Position numbers and translations under genes: made by a program. Positions 13,401 through 24,124 of a stretch of 64,000 nt of DNA are shown in pieces. How positions within the stretch are numbered: the first letter of the stretch is position 1; each line of letters opens with the position of its first letter. The notes under the pieces are model-generated. The model saw only the letters and a program-made list of their open reading frames with translations. It was not told the DNA's origin and searched no databases. The stretch is taken from assembly GCA_043228905.1 (NCBI GenBank), contig JBHGNT010000072.1:56613-120612 (forward strand). The letters run 5' to 3'. This stretch comes from Azolla caroliniana. Lineage: Eukaryota; Plantae; Polypodiophyta.

Positions 13401-16400
13401 GTTTTAATACATTACTTGTTTACTAAAAATGGAGTGAAGTTGAGTGTAGCAATGTCATAGGTAGGGGCACGTACACTCGAGCAAGCTACTGCTCCCAATC
13501 GACTAATTTGCACTAGAAGTTCCCAAATATGGAATTCTTGAAGTTCATCTCACACTCTGGCTATAAGGATAATAACCAGATTCCTGAATTCTTAAATTAA
13601 TTTGCAATCTAATCATATGGGTAGTAGGTTTTTTTTTACAATTTTGAGATAGAGATTTCCATAACCATCTGTCAAGTTACCAAATTCCAGAATCCAAACA
13701 CGCTTAAAAATTTTAGGTTTTCTCAAATTTTTATTTGAGGTAGATCAATTATTCATTTACTTTCTCTTGAAGAGGTATTTTTTTGAGAGAGCCATGAAGA
13801 ACATTTGACTTTTTTTTAGTTCTGTTAAATTTGGAATCTCAACAGTTGGATTATATGAAACGTTAGGATTAAGCTTCAAATTACTTGCAGATTGTCTATA
13901 TTGGCACAAACTGTTTGAACGATTCATCAATTTTTTTGACAGTGTGCATTATAATATTTAGCTGACATACTCATATAAGATTGTTCAGTATTGCTAAACT
14001 TCTTCATGGCTGGGTTGAAGCTATAGAAACTCAATGGATTGGTTTGTGTATTCAACATTACTCGATAAGAATTTGGATCTTCTTCTACCCCTAGGCACTG
14101 ATGCAAAAGAATTTAGCCTATTCTACATATAAATTTGCATGCAGTGGTCAGAAAATCTATCCTTATATGGATTTCTCTGGTAGCGTAGGTTCATAACAAA
14201 TACTTTTCTTGCTATTTACTTTTGTTATCAAACTAAAAAAGTTCTCTTTCTATCTTCTTAATTCTTCAATACTTGTGTATATATCACTTTTATTTCAATT
14301 TCGTTTTCAACACAAATATAACATGAAAGGCCTATTGAGAGCTATAATATTGTATGCATATTCAAGAGGTCAAAGGTGGTGCCAACTTACATAACATGGG
14401 TAATTGTTAATCCAAAATTACACGTTCCACAACCGTTGTGAACTGTCGAGCGTGGCAATTCATGGCCTCATCGACTTTGATTGTTGTTTTGTTAAGATGA
14501 ACTTCTATCTAAAAAGAAGGCCAAAATTTGTCATTTCTAGACTATATGTTACTCATAAAAGAAGATTCAAAATTGGATTTGAGGTTTCAAAGTTGCGTGA
14601 AATGTTCTGAAAGGTAATGAAGCATCATTTCTGCATTTTTCTATGAGCAGTGAGTGTGCATCGAATTAAAGCTATTTTTCAAATATTCAAAGAGATGGTA
14701 AAGGAGAGTACTGTCGGACAGCCTGAAGCTCCTACAAATAATGAAGATGAAAACACCTTGAGTATAAATGAAAGCATACGTGACTTGAATCGGCAGGTTA
14801 ACCTATTTCTTTATTTGCCTTTTCTTTTTTTCATTTTTATAGAGAATGTTAGACAGGAATATTTCAAGGTAAAACTGTTTGACTTTTTAGCAGTTGCATT
14901 TTTTGTGATATTGTCTAGCTTTTCTTTCCATTGGTAATTCCCAGGGTTTAAAGTTACGTTATAGGAACCAAACTATGAAGATTAGATATCTATTAAGTCT
15001 CTGCCTATCTACTAACTATATGTTACTGGGAATGAATATTTCTTTTTTAAAACAGTTCATGACCTCCCAACAGTCGTTTGACTGAGGTTCTTTCTGTTTT
15101 TATGAATTCTAACCTATATGTTATATGGCAGTCTTGTAGTCCACAAATATATGATAGTTTTCATGAGACTTGTAGCATGACATCACCGAAATGGGTATTC
15201 CCCTGTTCAGGATTGCAGTGCAATTGTCATTTATATAGATGAAGCTAAATTGATGACTGATTTATGGCAATTGGAAGGGACCTTTATGCTGATGGGACTG
15301 AATGCTTTTGAACTATTGGTTAACATGTTCGTAATCATTTATTAGTAATTTCTTTGATCTCTTTGATCCGATAGGTCAAAACTGGCCTCTTTATGGACAA
15401 TAAAAATTCTAATTCTAATTAAAGAAAGCGTTCAAAAATGAAGGTTCCATTGATATCGAAAAATAGAATAGAATAGAATTTTTATTGTTCATGAGGGAGC
15501 CAAATTTGAACAATGCCACGTGAATCCTTACTACTCTTTAGTAAAAACTCTTTATGTGAAAATAATGCGCGGACATATGTGCTGAACAAATGGAATAGTT
15601 GTCCATGGGAGAATCCTTGTAACTGAAACTGCAAATGAATCTACCTGTCTTTGTATCTTTAGATTATCGTGTCATTCCAATGATGATCAATGAGGATGCC
15701 GATCTGTTTTTTCTTTCAGATAGGGTTAACTTAATTCTGCTAGAAATCTATTCGATAAAAATGGAACCACAATGATTGTCCTTCCAGACATGTGATTTGA
15801 TTGGCATATACATTTATGCAAAATTACTTAATTTTTTCTTGTTAGGCTTTTGAAAATTTGATTTTGGATTTATTTTGATGAGGAATATTTTGGTATATAA
15901 CGATGACTATTCTAAAATTGGCACACTTGTAAGTTTGTGTGTTGTTCCCTTTATTTCTTTAATTTTGTTTCTTCTGATGTAAGCCAACACCTTAAAAATG
16001 GTGCTCATCTCTTCTCTCTGCTTTCCATTTTCTTTCTTGTTCATACTTTTAGAATTGTCCATTTATATGCACATGACATGATGAGATTGCACTGGTAATA
16101 TTCAATTTCTATTGTTTCTCTTTTGCTCCAGGAATCTTACTCTCTATATTCTAAATATCTCACAGATTCAAGACCGAGACAATGAAATCAATATGTTGAT
16201 CTCTTTTATTAAGAAGAAAGACCTTATGAGTGTACAATCCATTGAATCTGAAGGAAGCGAGATAATATCCAAAGAGAAGAGTTCCACATGGAATACAAGT
16301 ACAATTGATGCAAATGCACATAGTATGCATCCCATGTTAAGTAGGAAAGAAGCTTTTGAAGAGTATGATCTTCATCCATAATCCTTTTATTTCAAAGTAA

Positions 16401-19400
16401 CCAGTTTTGTTCATCTCCTATTGATCGTAGTAATTAGTCCCATTTTCTTTTTAGCAGAAATATAGATTTCATCTGTATCTGTATATGTGCATTTATATGA
16501 GTTTTATGTACTGTGCTTAAGACAATTGGTTGTAGCTCTTCTGGTCTCCCTTTTCACTTTCTGAGATGACATTTTAGAGCGATAAATATTGGACATCAAT
16601 TCGTCAAACTACACTTAACATCGAGAAATTTAGTTTAGATGTTATCACAATACATTCAAGGAGAATTCCTATCTTTTAATGTCTTGATTTGTTTGAGGAA
16701 AGACATCAAGTCACGATCCTTCACACAGTGGAGAAACAGAACTGGTTGAACACCATTATTCTTCGTCTGAGTGATAGTATAGCATGTTTTGTTGGAGATA
16801 TAAGTTGCCCAATGTCGAATGAGAAGTTTAAGTGATGTTAATGCTTACTTTATATCTAAGACAGCATGTAACCTCTCATGTATCCAAGTAAAATTGCCAT
16901 CAGGGACTAGGAGTGCTGGTCCTCTTATCTCCTCTCACCTGGCCATGTAGTGTGGAATAACAGGCTAGAGCTACACTGCATCACCTATGAAAGACTATGG
17001 TCTGCAGGAAGATCCCCTAGAACTCTTTATCTGCCTCGTTATAGGCTCTCTGGATGCCCAACATCAGGTTTTATCCGTCATTTTAACCATTTCTGTGTCA
17101 GTCCAAGTAATAATGTCAGTATCAGGAGTTTCGCTTTATTGGTGACAATTTTTATCTGCAGTTTCTAGGAAAATAATGGATTTATAATAAGCAATAAATA
17201 TCTGACTCAGGCTCTCTATTGTATCTGCTAGGTTTACGTGATGAAGAAGTCAATCTTCCATGGATTTTATCAATAGCCTTTCCAATAAGCCGAGGAGTCC
17301 AATTTTTTGGGGCTCTTTTCCTCTAGAAATGTCCAAACTTACTAATAAATCTTGTCCTCTGTAGAAGGCACACCGGTCTCTAATTCATGTATATTTGCTT
17401 TAACAGCATAATTCATGAATCCTATTTCCTGCAATGTTATCAAAATGAGTCTGTTGGGCATATCATCAAAAAATTGATCCCTTCTAGGAGTGTAGCCTCC
17501 TTTATATGCATCAGTAGATAAAATAAAAATTCTTCGTCTTGAGGTTTGCAATGACGATGTGGTTCCATTCTTTGCAGGAGACCGCCACCAAACATTTTAT
17601 TATGTCATGAAATGACTTGGTTTCTAAATATTTTAATATATTGCTCTTTCGTTTCCTTTTTCGTTCTGCCTTCCTGCCTCCCTTCTACGCCCACTGCCAA
17701 TCGAACAACTGAAAATAGTCACATATATGATGCTATCTTGGGTTCTGAATTTCTTTTTCTGAAAATAGAAAGCGATCTAGATTTTTAACCCTTTCACCAA
17801 CCAAAATGAGCTGCAGTCATGCAACTTTTTAACGTTAATTGATTTTAGTCTTACACTTTAACTGGTTTATTCCCAAAAAACTAATGTTGTGATATTATAT
17901 AGATTCAAGCAAGCAAATCCTGGCAGAAAAGCAATTGAAGATAATAAATTTCTTTTGCGTGCCAAGTATCAACTTGCTAAGGGTATTAGCAATGATGTTA
18001 ATGGTGCGCGAGAGGTAGCCTTTCTTACCTTTTGTAGTAGTTTTGGTCATACTATTCAATGTTGGTTACTAATGGTGTAGAGAGGTAATCTTTATTACCT
18101 TTTTCTTGTATTTTTTTATTACACTAACGTTGTGGGTAAATGGGAAAGTTTTCTTCCAAATTTATATTGATGATTATGACTTTAGTCTAGTGCAAATATT
18201 CTTAGCAGGTTGACCAAAAGCGGCTAGGCAAAGAAAAGGAAAGTACCCTGATGCTACTTTCCGTACCCTTATGTGTGTATGTCTCTAGTAGGTAACAATC
18301 ATTGTGTTTCTAGACTTAACATTTGGAGACCCGACATCTGAACTTTGAAACCTATGACTGCAAAATCGAAGGAAGTGACTGAACTATGTTACTAGTGAGA
18401 ATAAAAGAAAGAATTTTTTTTTTTGGGGGGGGGGTGGAAGGGTCCTAAGAGAGCTGCTTTTCAGCCACCTAGTTATGAAGACTTGTATTAACTATTTAAG
18501 TGCTGCATATTATTCTGGAGTATTTCAGGGTTGGATGAGTAATGTTTAATATCAAAGGTGCAATTCAGATATTTTTTTCTTTTTCCTCAGAGAATTGATG
18601 CCTTAAAGTCTCAAATACAAAAACGCCGAATTGAACATGCAATGAAAGGATTAACTGGTGATATAAAATCTGAAGATTTTGCAATTGTGGAGCCTAGTGA
18701 AGATCATATTATAGCTCAAATAGAAATTGAAAAGGTTCAAAGTTTTAATATTATGGAAGTTTTGAATAATATGATGTGTGCTTGTTTCATAACTCTGAAA
18801 CCTCATTACGTTATATAAATATTGCAGAAAAAGTACAAAGAGGGTTTCAATCATTTAAGGGACCTAAAGAAGGAGATTGAGAACATTCAACACTGTATGG
18901 AACAAAGCCATTTGAAACTTCAGGTGGGGTTGTGTATCAATGTCATTCGAAATATTTTCCTATTATTAGCTCTTAGTAGTTTCCAAATAAATTATGAAAA
19001 AGTTAAAAAGGAAAACCAAACTGTGTGCATAGATGCTATGTTAAATGCAAATTCATAAATGGTGATTTATTTCTATATCTAAAGACCTTAAGCTTTTTAG
19101 AACAAGAGAGGTTATTACAAGTTTGTATCTAATTTGAATTATCTCTTGCAAATTTATTATCAGAATGTATTTCATTGTGATAAATTGACACTTTAGCCTA
19201 GAGCTTTGTGCACAATACTTAACATGTCTGGAGTTATTTACTGTGATACAAAGTTCATAATTGTAATTTATTGTCCTTATGCCATTTGAAGAATTGGTAT
19301 GTTTTTTCTATGACTGTAAATAATAAAGTTTATGACATATTATATGGAATGCAACAGTACTATCAAATATTTTTAATCCAAAGTCTTGATTGTTTGCAAC

Positions 19401-22081
19401 CTCCCGTCTGATTGACTGTATTCCTGTTTACCCATTTCTGATGCATTGAAAATCTGTTAGAACCTCAAGTCACTTTCCACCATGTTTTATGATGAGAATC
19501 TCTTCTTCATTGGAAGAGCACATGGATTTGGCCATCTATGATGGCTTATCACATTTGCCATGCTAAAGGTTACACTTCTTGAACTTAGAAGTAGAAAGAA
19601 AGCTATCTTAATGTATCTTAAGAGGCACAAATGGTCTATAAGACCAGACAAGATTTTTACATCTTAGAACTAAACATATGGTACTAAAGAATCTACACAT
19701 CTAAGAGCTTTAGATTTGAAAGTTAGGTAGTCCAAAACTTTTATCTTCGAAAAATATCCAACATGGGCCGTTTGAAGATGGAGAGATCTCCGAAGTGCAG
19801 GAAGCATCTTTGGTGCCAGGTGATAATGCCATTTATTTCTCAGTGACAAGGGTGACAAGACTGTGGTCAAGATTGTCAAGGCCTACATGTGTGAGACATT
19901 GCTATTGCCTGATCTATTGTAACATCTTTTGAGTGTCTTGGTTGAGAATCCACTTGTGTAGTCCGTGATGTGGCTAAAGAAAGTCACAATTGCTCTCTAA
20001 TGATGAGCTTATGTGGTTAATAATGTTATCCATCAACAATGTCTGTCTATGTCTCTTAAGTTCTTGCAAGAACAGTCCTAAGGACTGTTACTCCTCGTAT
20101 CCCACGATTGTAGTGCCCAAAGCTGGCTTGAAGAAGCAGTGGTATCTCCCTCTTATTTCATAAAGAACACCATAGTGGCATAGGTAGTGTTCTTCCAATT
20201 CCATCCCCCGTTGGCACTTCATTCTTCCATAGGTTATACACTCTTGATTGCATGAGATAGATGTGTATCCATGTAAGAAGGCCTGATATGTGTTAAAAAG
20301 AGTGCCTTGTAATGCGCCATCTTCTACCAAGAGATGTTCAGGTGCTGATCTATGTTATTTTATTTTCCAATGTAATGACATTAGCTCAGATCACTCTATT
20401 GTTTTGCACTTTAATCATTTAGCTATGGACAATCCAAGCTATATTATAATGGGGGTGTGACTGGAACCATTATTGCATGTCAAAATACCAACAATAATAG
20501 TCTCAGCGATTTTCCTGACCTAAGTGCCAATCTTGAGTACCTTTTCATAGGAGCTCCCAAATCTGTGGGATATTGATCACGGATGGGAATAATGCCTTGA
20601 TCACCATTGCGGCTGCTCCTTTCCCTGTCTGGATTATATCATGGGGCACCAATGGTTCTCTCCTTACCTTGTGAGGAATCATTGAGACTATAGGTTTCTC
20701 TAAATCTGTCTTGTTATGAGCCTAGTGAAGGCTCAGTCTCCAAATATCTACTTTGTGGAAAAGAATTTGTTAATAAGTGTATAAAACAACCACAGATTAG
20801 TTCGTGGTTCCCAAGTTTCTAGTCTGTAAAGAAGCTAGTAGGTTTGCTCGCCTTCTCTGCAGAAAACAAAACACATACAAGATTTCTGTACTTTGTGTAT
20901 CTTTTTTATATTTCTACTGTGAAGATGATAGTTCATTTTCTTTGTGCCTTTCATCATAACACATGCGTCAAAAAGTTCATTCTTGATGCGTCATGACGTT
21001 ATCTCACAATGGGCCTGACGTTTATGACAGCAGGAATCTATCTCTACGCGTATTTATGCAGATAGTAGCGTGAATCTATTTTGAACCATTTCATTCTTAA
21101 CATGACGTTCCATTGGAGTCCACTGCCTTATTTCATATTTTCCCTTGCAGGACGACTTTGAGAAATGGTATGGTTTGATGAGCAAGGTTCATCGTGCAAC
21201 AAACGGTAATTCAACGGATGATCGGCACATAGAGGTTGATAATCCTACATGTATGATGCCAGTACTCGAGCCGTGCTCATCATCAAAAACTTGTGTCGAG
21301 CCATGCTCATCATCAAAAACTTGTGACAATTCAAACTGTGAAGAAAGGCATTACTTCCAAATGGAACCTGAAGAAGCTTGTTCTCATAATGGCAACAATC
21401 TTGAGTTAAGAGGTACCTGCTCTCTACAAGATATTTCTCTCTGGATTTAAAAGTATTCCAATGAAGTGTGGTGTAATTTGGATAATCCATTTAAAAGTAG
21501 ATAAGTCTTGCTTTAAGTGTGGCAACATGGTTTGGCTTGTGTAGAAGAGTCACGATTTGTTTCTGTATGAAAACATTTTATACATGTCTGTTGTTGTAAA
21601 TGTCATCCACGACATCAGTAATTTTCACATAATGTGCTTAACGCTATGGCTATGGTATGCGATTCCAAACTAGTGAAATCGATACAGAACTTTGTAATTG
21701 GATGATAACTAGCTTGTGCAAGTAGCGCAGATATTGCTGCTTCTTTCTTTCATTTCTTCCACTGATAATGAGAAGTTGAGCATACTAAATCTGGCCCACA
21801 TATCAATTTAGCTCTTCACTTATGTTTATTATAATCTTCTCGTTTAAGTGTATCAATTGTGTTTTTATGTTTTATGAGCATGAGTGAATCAAACTATTTC
21901 GAGGTCTGAAGTTCCGTCAAACTATGTAGGTGTGAATGTCCCGTCTAAAACCACACAATTGATAGAGAATCAGGATGTTCGTGCACCAGTTACAGGAAAT
22001 GCAAAAGCTGATGCCGATATTGCAGCATTCTATAAAGCACGTGATAAAATCTTGAAGTTGAAAGAGAAACAAGCGCTCTAA
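1253..22081 (+). CDS. KIF6: Kinesin-9 family motor (KIF6-like), 16 exons, about 788-803 aa
   Basis: GT-AG exons join in phase: 1253-1489, 3716-3988, 7329-7393, 9009-9225, 9366-9416, 9574-9687, 11622-11717, 11801-11872, 12908-13040, 14651-14796, 16166-16362, 17903-18014, 18591-18734, 18828-18923, 21151-21412, 21930 (or 21885)-22081. Motifs: P-loop GQTGSGKT, switch I NMASSRSH, switch II DLAGSE, HIPYRNS, coiled-coil stalk, and C-terminal [18 protein letters not shown] resembling the KIF6 tail. Confidence 0.92.
1665..1800 (-). mobile_element. Two tandem ~60-bp 3' tips of the RTE/RTEX-like LINE with TACA-type tails
   Basis: 1665-1724 and 1728-1787 are near-identical. Their reverse complement (tctttgggtcacatgggtcacttatttgRcctt.agaatgataata) matches the LINE 3' end at 25220-25275. 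Confidence 0.65.
1950..3170 (+). mobile_element. Degenerate RTE/RTEX-like LINE 3' half (intron 1)
   Basis: Collinear similarity to 5000-6400, e.g. ggcattattccaatctgtga, caagctttggcccactacacaag, and a 3' UTR-like segment at 3110-3165. Many stops and indels. Confidence 0.7.
3716..3988 (+). CDS. KIF6: KIF6-like exon 2 (P-loop)
   Basis: TGCAG|GTT; [17 protein letters not shown]; SYLEIYNE; AAG|GTT. Confidence 0.95.
4126..4395 (+). mobile_element. Short 3'-terminal copy of the LINE with a (TTC)n tail
   Basis: Closely matches 6117-6395 apart from a ~48-nt deletion. Ends aaaagacgttaatatatc followed by TTTC/TTC repeats. Confidence 0.85.
4396..6407 (+). mobile_element. 5'-truncated RTE/RTEX-like non-LTR retrotransposon in intron 2
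   Basis: Open frame from LEALGVP through RT and a C-terminal Cys/His motif, then a 3' UTR and a (TTCA)n tail. Confidence 0.9.
4424..6100 (+). CDS. LINE ORF2 fragment: reverse transcriptase plus C-terminal CCHC motif
   Basis: [22 protein letters not shown], and [10 protein letters not shown]...CQLC...[10 protein letters not shown]; 558 codons without a stop. Confidence 0.9.
   Translation: MQWGVYALYESMSGEVRSPKGLSKDVASRIGVKQGCPLSPTLFGLYIDEVSHYIERFGGSRACLAGIAIQILLYADDIVLISDSPEGLQRHLNALKLFCTDKGLSINMDKTKVMVFNTTQAWVTRSEPEFFLGEEKVEYTHSYTYLGVTFTGPRFSLQEAACARLSRGYAALGALERQCAHLQFQEPRIKLWLFDTLVTPTLLYGVETWGLSLNKANHWKDLERPLMSMIARMIRSKASVPHDIIRAEMGAAPIITEALFRSVKFIQRLWEFPKRRYPRLALMSSRQLAENGDTHCWYAEMQQWFESYGMRINALPLFEYSLDFPHLNMTKVEKNRVIRTDSINLENKITWISPKIPLGTKMAHYKTHFLHTSADGFVMRPPYMDIHLSYALRSVIGQLQTSSHQLQIEVGRYTRLPLEERICQLCHQGVESEEHYVCHCSVFYETRGRYHCLFKQGFGPLRKAMEYEDQRCLGLFLLELKRHRGKLLKNTTTQAHPQRTIITFFSPINPTNATSPSRDTQMGSRPGHNKGVTIDRAIAIFRARRPRPHGPCPRHPCH
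7329..7393 (+). CDS. KIF6: KIF6-like exon 3
   Basis: TGTAG|GTG; [21 protein letters not shown]; phase-2 donor GTAGGT. Confidence 0.85.
9009..9225 (+). CDS. KIF6: KIF6-like exon 4 (switch I/II)
   Basis: [23 protein letters not shown]. Confidence 0.95.
9366..9416 (+). CDS. KIF6: KIF6-like exon 5
   Basis: [17 protein letters not shown] between ACAG and GTTA. Confidence 0.92.
9574..9687 (+). CDS. KIF6: KIF6-like exon 6
   Basis: VIVALQE...[23 protein letters not shown]; donor GTGAG. Confidence 0.93.
9998..10307. repeat. Diverged tandem duplication (~165-180 bp period) in intron 6
   Basis: gtatctt..ggaggg...ctgtaatggcat...aggatca...tacatgag.ttttacagtgtcaagtggcttcctagcaa occurs twice. Confidence 0.75.
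10757..11240 (-). mobile_element. Degenerate LINE 3' fragment
   Basis: Reverse complement matches 5900-6395, including the terminal aaaagacattaatatat. Confidence 0.7.
11268..11337 (+). mobile_element. LINE 3' tip
   Basis: aagatgtaatctcttgtttggtcttaaggccattttggtgtctcaaaagtcattagtatatctttct matches 6333-6395. Confidence 0.7.
11622..11717 (+). CDS. KIF6: KIF6-like exon 7
   Basis: VMLATVS...[13 protein letters not shown]. Confidence 0.93.
11801..11872 (+). CDS. KIF6: KIF6-like exon 8 (neck)
   Basis: [24 protein letters not shown]. Confidence 0.9.
12368..12700 (-). mobile_element. Degenerate LINE 3' fragment with a (TATC)n-like tail
   Basis: Collinear with 25220-25520 (aggtcaaatagggcctatggaaccaaaag; attgtatcaaagtgtgat). 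Confidence 0.65.
12908..13040 (+). CDS. KIF6: KIF6-like exon 9
   Basis: AEIQLLRG...[11 protein letters not shown]; phase-1 donor G|GTGAT. Confidence 0.85.
14651..14796 (+). CDS. KIF6: KIF6-like exon 10
   Basis: [16 protein letters not shown]...IRDLNRQ. Confidence 0.85.
16166..16362 (+). CDS. KIF6: KIF6-like exon 11
   Basis: [17 protein letters not shown]...RKEAFE. Confidence 0.87.
17903..18014 (+). CDS. KIF6: KIF6-like exon 12
   Basis: [26 protein letters not shown]...VNGARE. Confidence 0.88.
18591..18734 (+). CDS. KIF6: KIF6-like exon 13
   Basis: [18 protein letters not shown]...IEIEK. Confidence 0.88.
18828..18923 (+). CDS. KIF6: KIF6-like exon 14
   Basis: [32 protein letters not shown]. 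Confidence 0.9.
19590..20815 (-). mobile_element. Degenerate RTE/RTEX-like LINE 3' half (intron 14)
   Basis: ORF 20088-20330 contains [23 protein letters not shown], homologous to the 4424-6100 protein. 3' UTR match at 19600-19670. Confidence 0.8.
21151..21412 (+). CDS. KIF6: KIF6-like exon 15
   Basis: TTGCAG|DDFEKWY..., internal EPCSSSKTC duplication; donor AG|GTACC. Confidence 0.8.
21930..22081 (+). CDS. KIF6: KIF6-like terminal exon (acceptor at 21930 or 21885)
   Basis: [25 protein letters not shown] at 22079-22081. Confidence 0.8.
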
Positions 22082-22869
22082 AGTTCCCTTCATCTTGTTT
22101 ATAAAGGTGTTAAAGAGTGTCAATATTCTCTTACACTCTGGGCACTTACTGACGAATTTATTCTTGTAGCAGATGTGCAGCAATGTCAAGATCCATAGTC
22201 AAAAAGTCAATATGCATAGACCTATTGTTATGGAATGTTGAAAACGAATTACAAAGATAAATTACGTTTCTATTCCCTTGTGTCATCTTGCTTTGATAAA
22301 GAACTAATGGTATCATTTTAAAAGAAATATTTGTCCTCTTAAATAAATTGTATATTAGCTCTTGTCAAACTCCAAGGTATGTTATTAGTTCCAAGTTCTA
22401 TATAACGAGCCTAAAGAAACATTATCTAAGTTTATCATGTGAAGGTGTATAATATGATGTATCCTAATGGTGAAGGTTGCAAGTGTTCATAAAAAAGTCA
22501 TGAGTCTGATCATGTAATTTTGTATATATGTTAATGACAACTTGATTGGAGGTTTTCCAAGAGCTACAAAACTTACCCCTTATGAGCGTTTCTTTCATGT
22601 TAGAACATTCATTGTTTGGAGTTGGGTAGATGTAATGTAGCATGTTTGATGGGAAGATGTCTAAAATTTAAGAATGTAAGTAATAGCTAATGAGGAAAAG
22701 CAATTCAAAAGGAGGCAAAACTATCTTTATTTGAGAGCTATAAAGTGTGATAAAATGAGCAAGAGAGCTTATGGTTGGCTTTACAAAGTTGATGTGCGAA
22801 AGACCCAACTTTGTCAACAAACCAATCCACAAGGTAGTGATTGACATGGACATGTGGGAGGACTATAAA

Positions 22870-23840
22870 GACCAACATGCTGAAATTGAAAGATTTCTTC
22901 CCACTACTCCATCAATGTCGCCATTCTTTACCTCCTAATCTTTATAGCCTATATAAAAGGATTTCAATAATAATCTATTTTAATCCTCATATGTTGCCAA
23001 TCTATTGTAACTTCGTTTCAAAGGTTCTAATATGCATTCTAATGTGACACCATGTAGCATCTTTGTCATTTGTAACATATGCTCAACCATCTTTGAATTC
23101 ATGAGTGCTCATTTAAGGTTTATACTTGGAATCTTCAATGACGTTCTCATAGTCTAAGCTTTATCTACATTTGATGTCAATAAATAAAGTCCTATGGTCA
23201 AATTCTAGTATCCATTCCCAAAGTGAGAATTTGTGTATCTAATGCAAAATACCTTCAGAAAGTAGCACATAGTTGATCACACTATTTCCATTATATTATT
23301 TACATGTATACCATCAGTATTGGGCCATAAGGATACTCCATTTGCAATAAGCATTCTAGTAGTGTTGCACATTTATAGGAGTAACTTGCCAAATTCACCC
23401 GGTTTTTTTCATCAATAAAAAAACGATTATAAATCTATATATCTTCTTGCATCCTTGAGATACATATATGGCATGGAACATTGTTGTGCATCAAGTTGCA
23501 AACTTCTTGTTCTAGCATTCATGTCACCAAAGACAATAACTTCCCCTTTGGCTTTGCAATAAGCAATATCGCCTTCTACATTGGAAAAGAGCTCTCTTTA
23601 TTCAAACAAGCACAAAATTTAGAATATTGAGGAGGATTGTAGCATCCAATTGCAAAAGTAGGCATATCATTTGGAGTTTCTATTTTAAGCCATATATTCA
23701 TCATATTTACGATCGACTCGTATTTCCCTATTTTCCCTCTTAATCGTACTTGCCAACCCTCCAATCCTCTTGTTGTCTTGTATTTTTCACCCATATTAAG
23801 GAATGTTCATTCTAGTTTCCCTAAACCTTGAATACTTTGA
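22870..23840 (-). mobile_element. Degenerate LINE fragment containing the APE endonuclease region
   Basis: NIWLKIET...IGCYNPPQYS (ORF 23576-23794), followed by GDMNART-like and DYVL-like remnants. Confidence 0.65.
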
Positions 23841-23862
23841 ATATCATGTTCCAGTTCCAGTT

Positions 23863-23965
23863 CCCGACGAAGACCGCACATGGTTGCTCATGCCCGTTGG
23901 TGTTCGTGCTCCCAGTGAGGACCGCACATGGTCGCTCACGCCCGTTGGTATTTGTGTTCCAGTCC
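23863..23965. repeat. 48-bp tandem repeat (about 2 copies)
   Basis: gaccgcacatggt.gctca.gcccgttggt.tt.gtg.t at 23863-23910 and 23911-23958. Confidence 0.8.
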
Positions 23966-24124
23966 TGGGCGACATCAATATTGTATTCTCGTTTCATTCC
24001 GTTTGACATCTCCTTCTTCATCTCTGTCTTCATGCTCTTATGCCATTCCTAGCTTCTTAAGTTCCACGCTCGTAGCCCCATTATTCATGCTCCATCCTAA
24101 TCCGTGCTTGGTGTGTCCGTGACA

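Noticed and set aside
17342-17551. Nested antisense gene exon in intron 11
   Set aside because: Splice-like sites exist, but the peptide has no recognisable motif and no partner exons were found.
23847-24124. Solo LTR (TG...CA)
   Set aside because: The flanks (tatca / cctat) are not a TSD and there is no second copy in the window.
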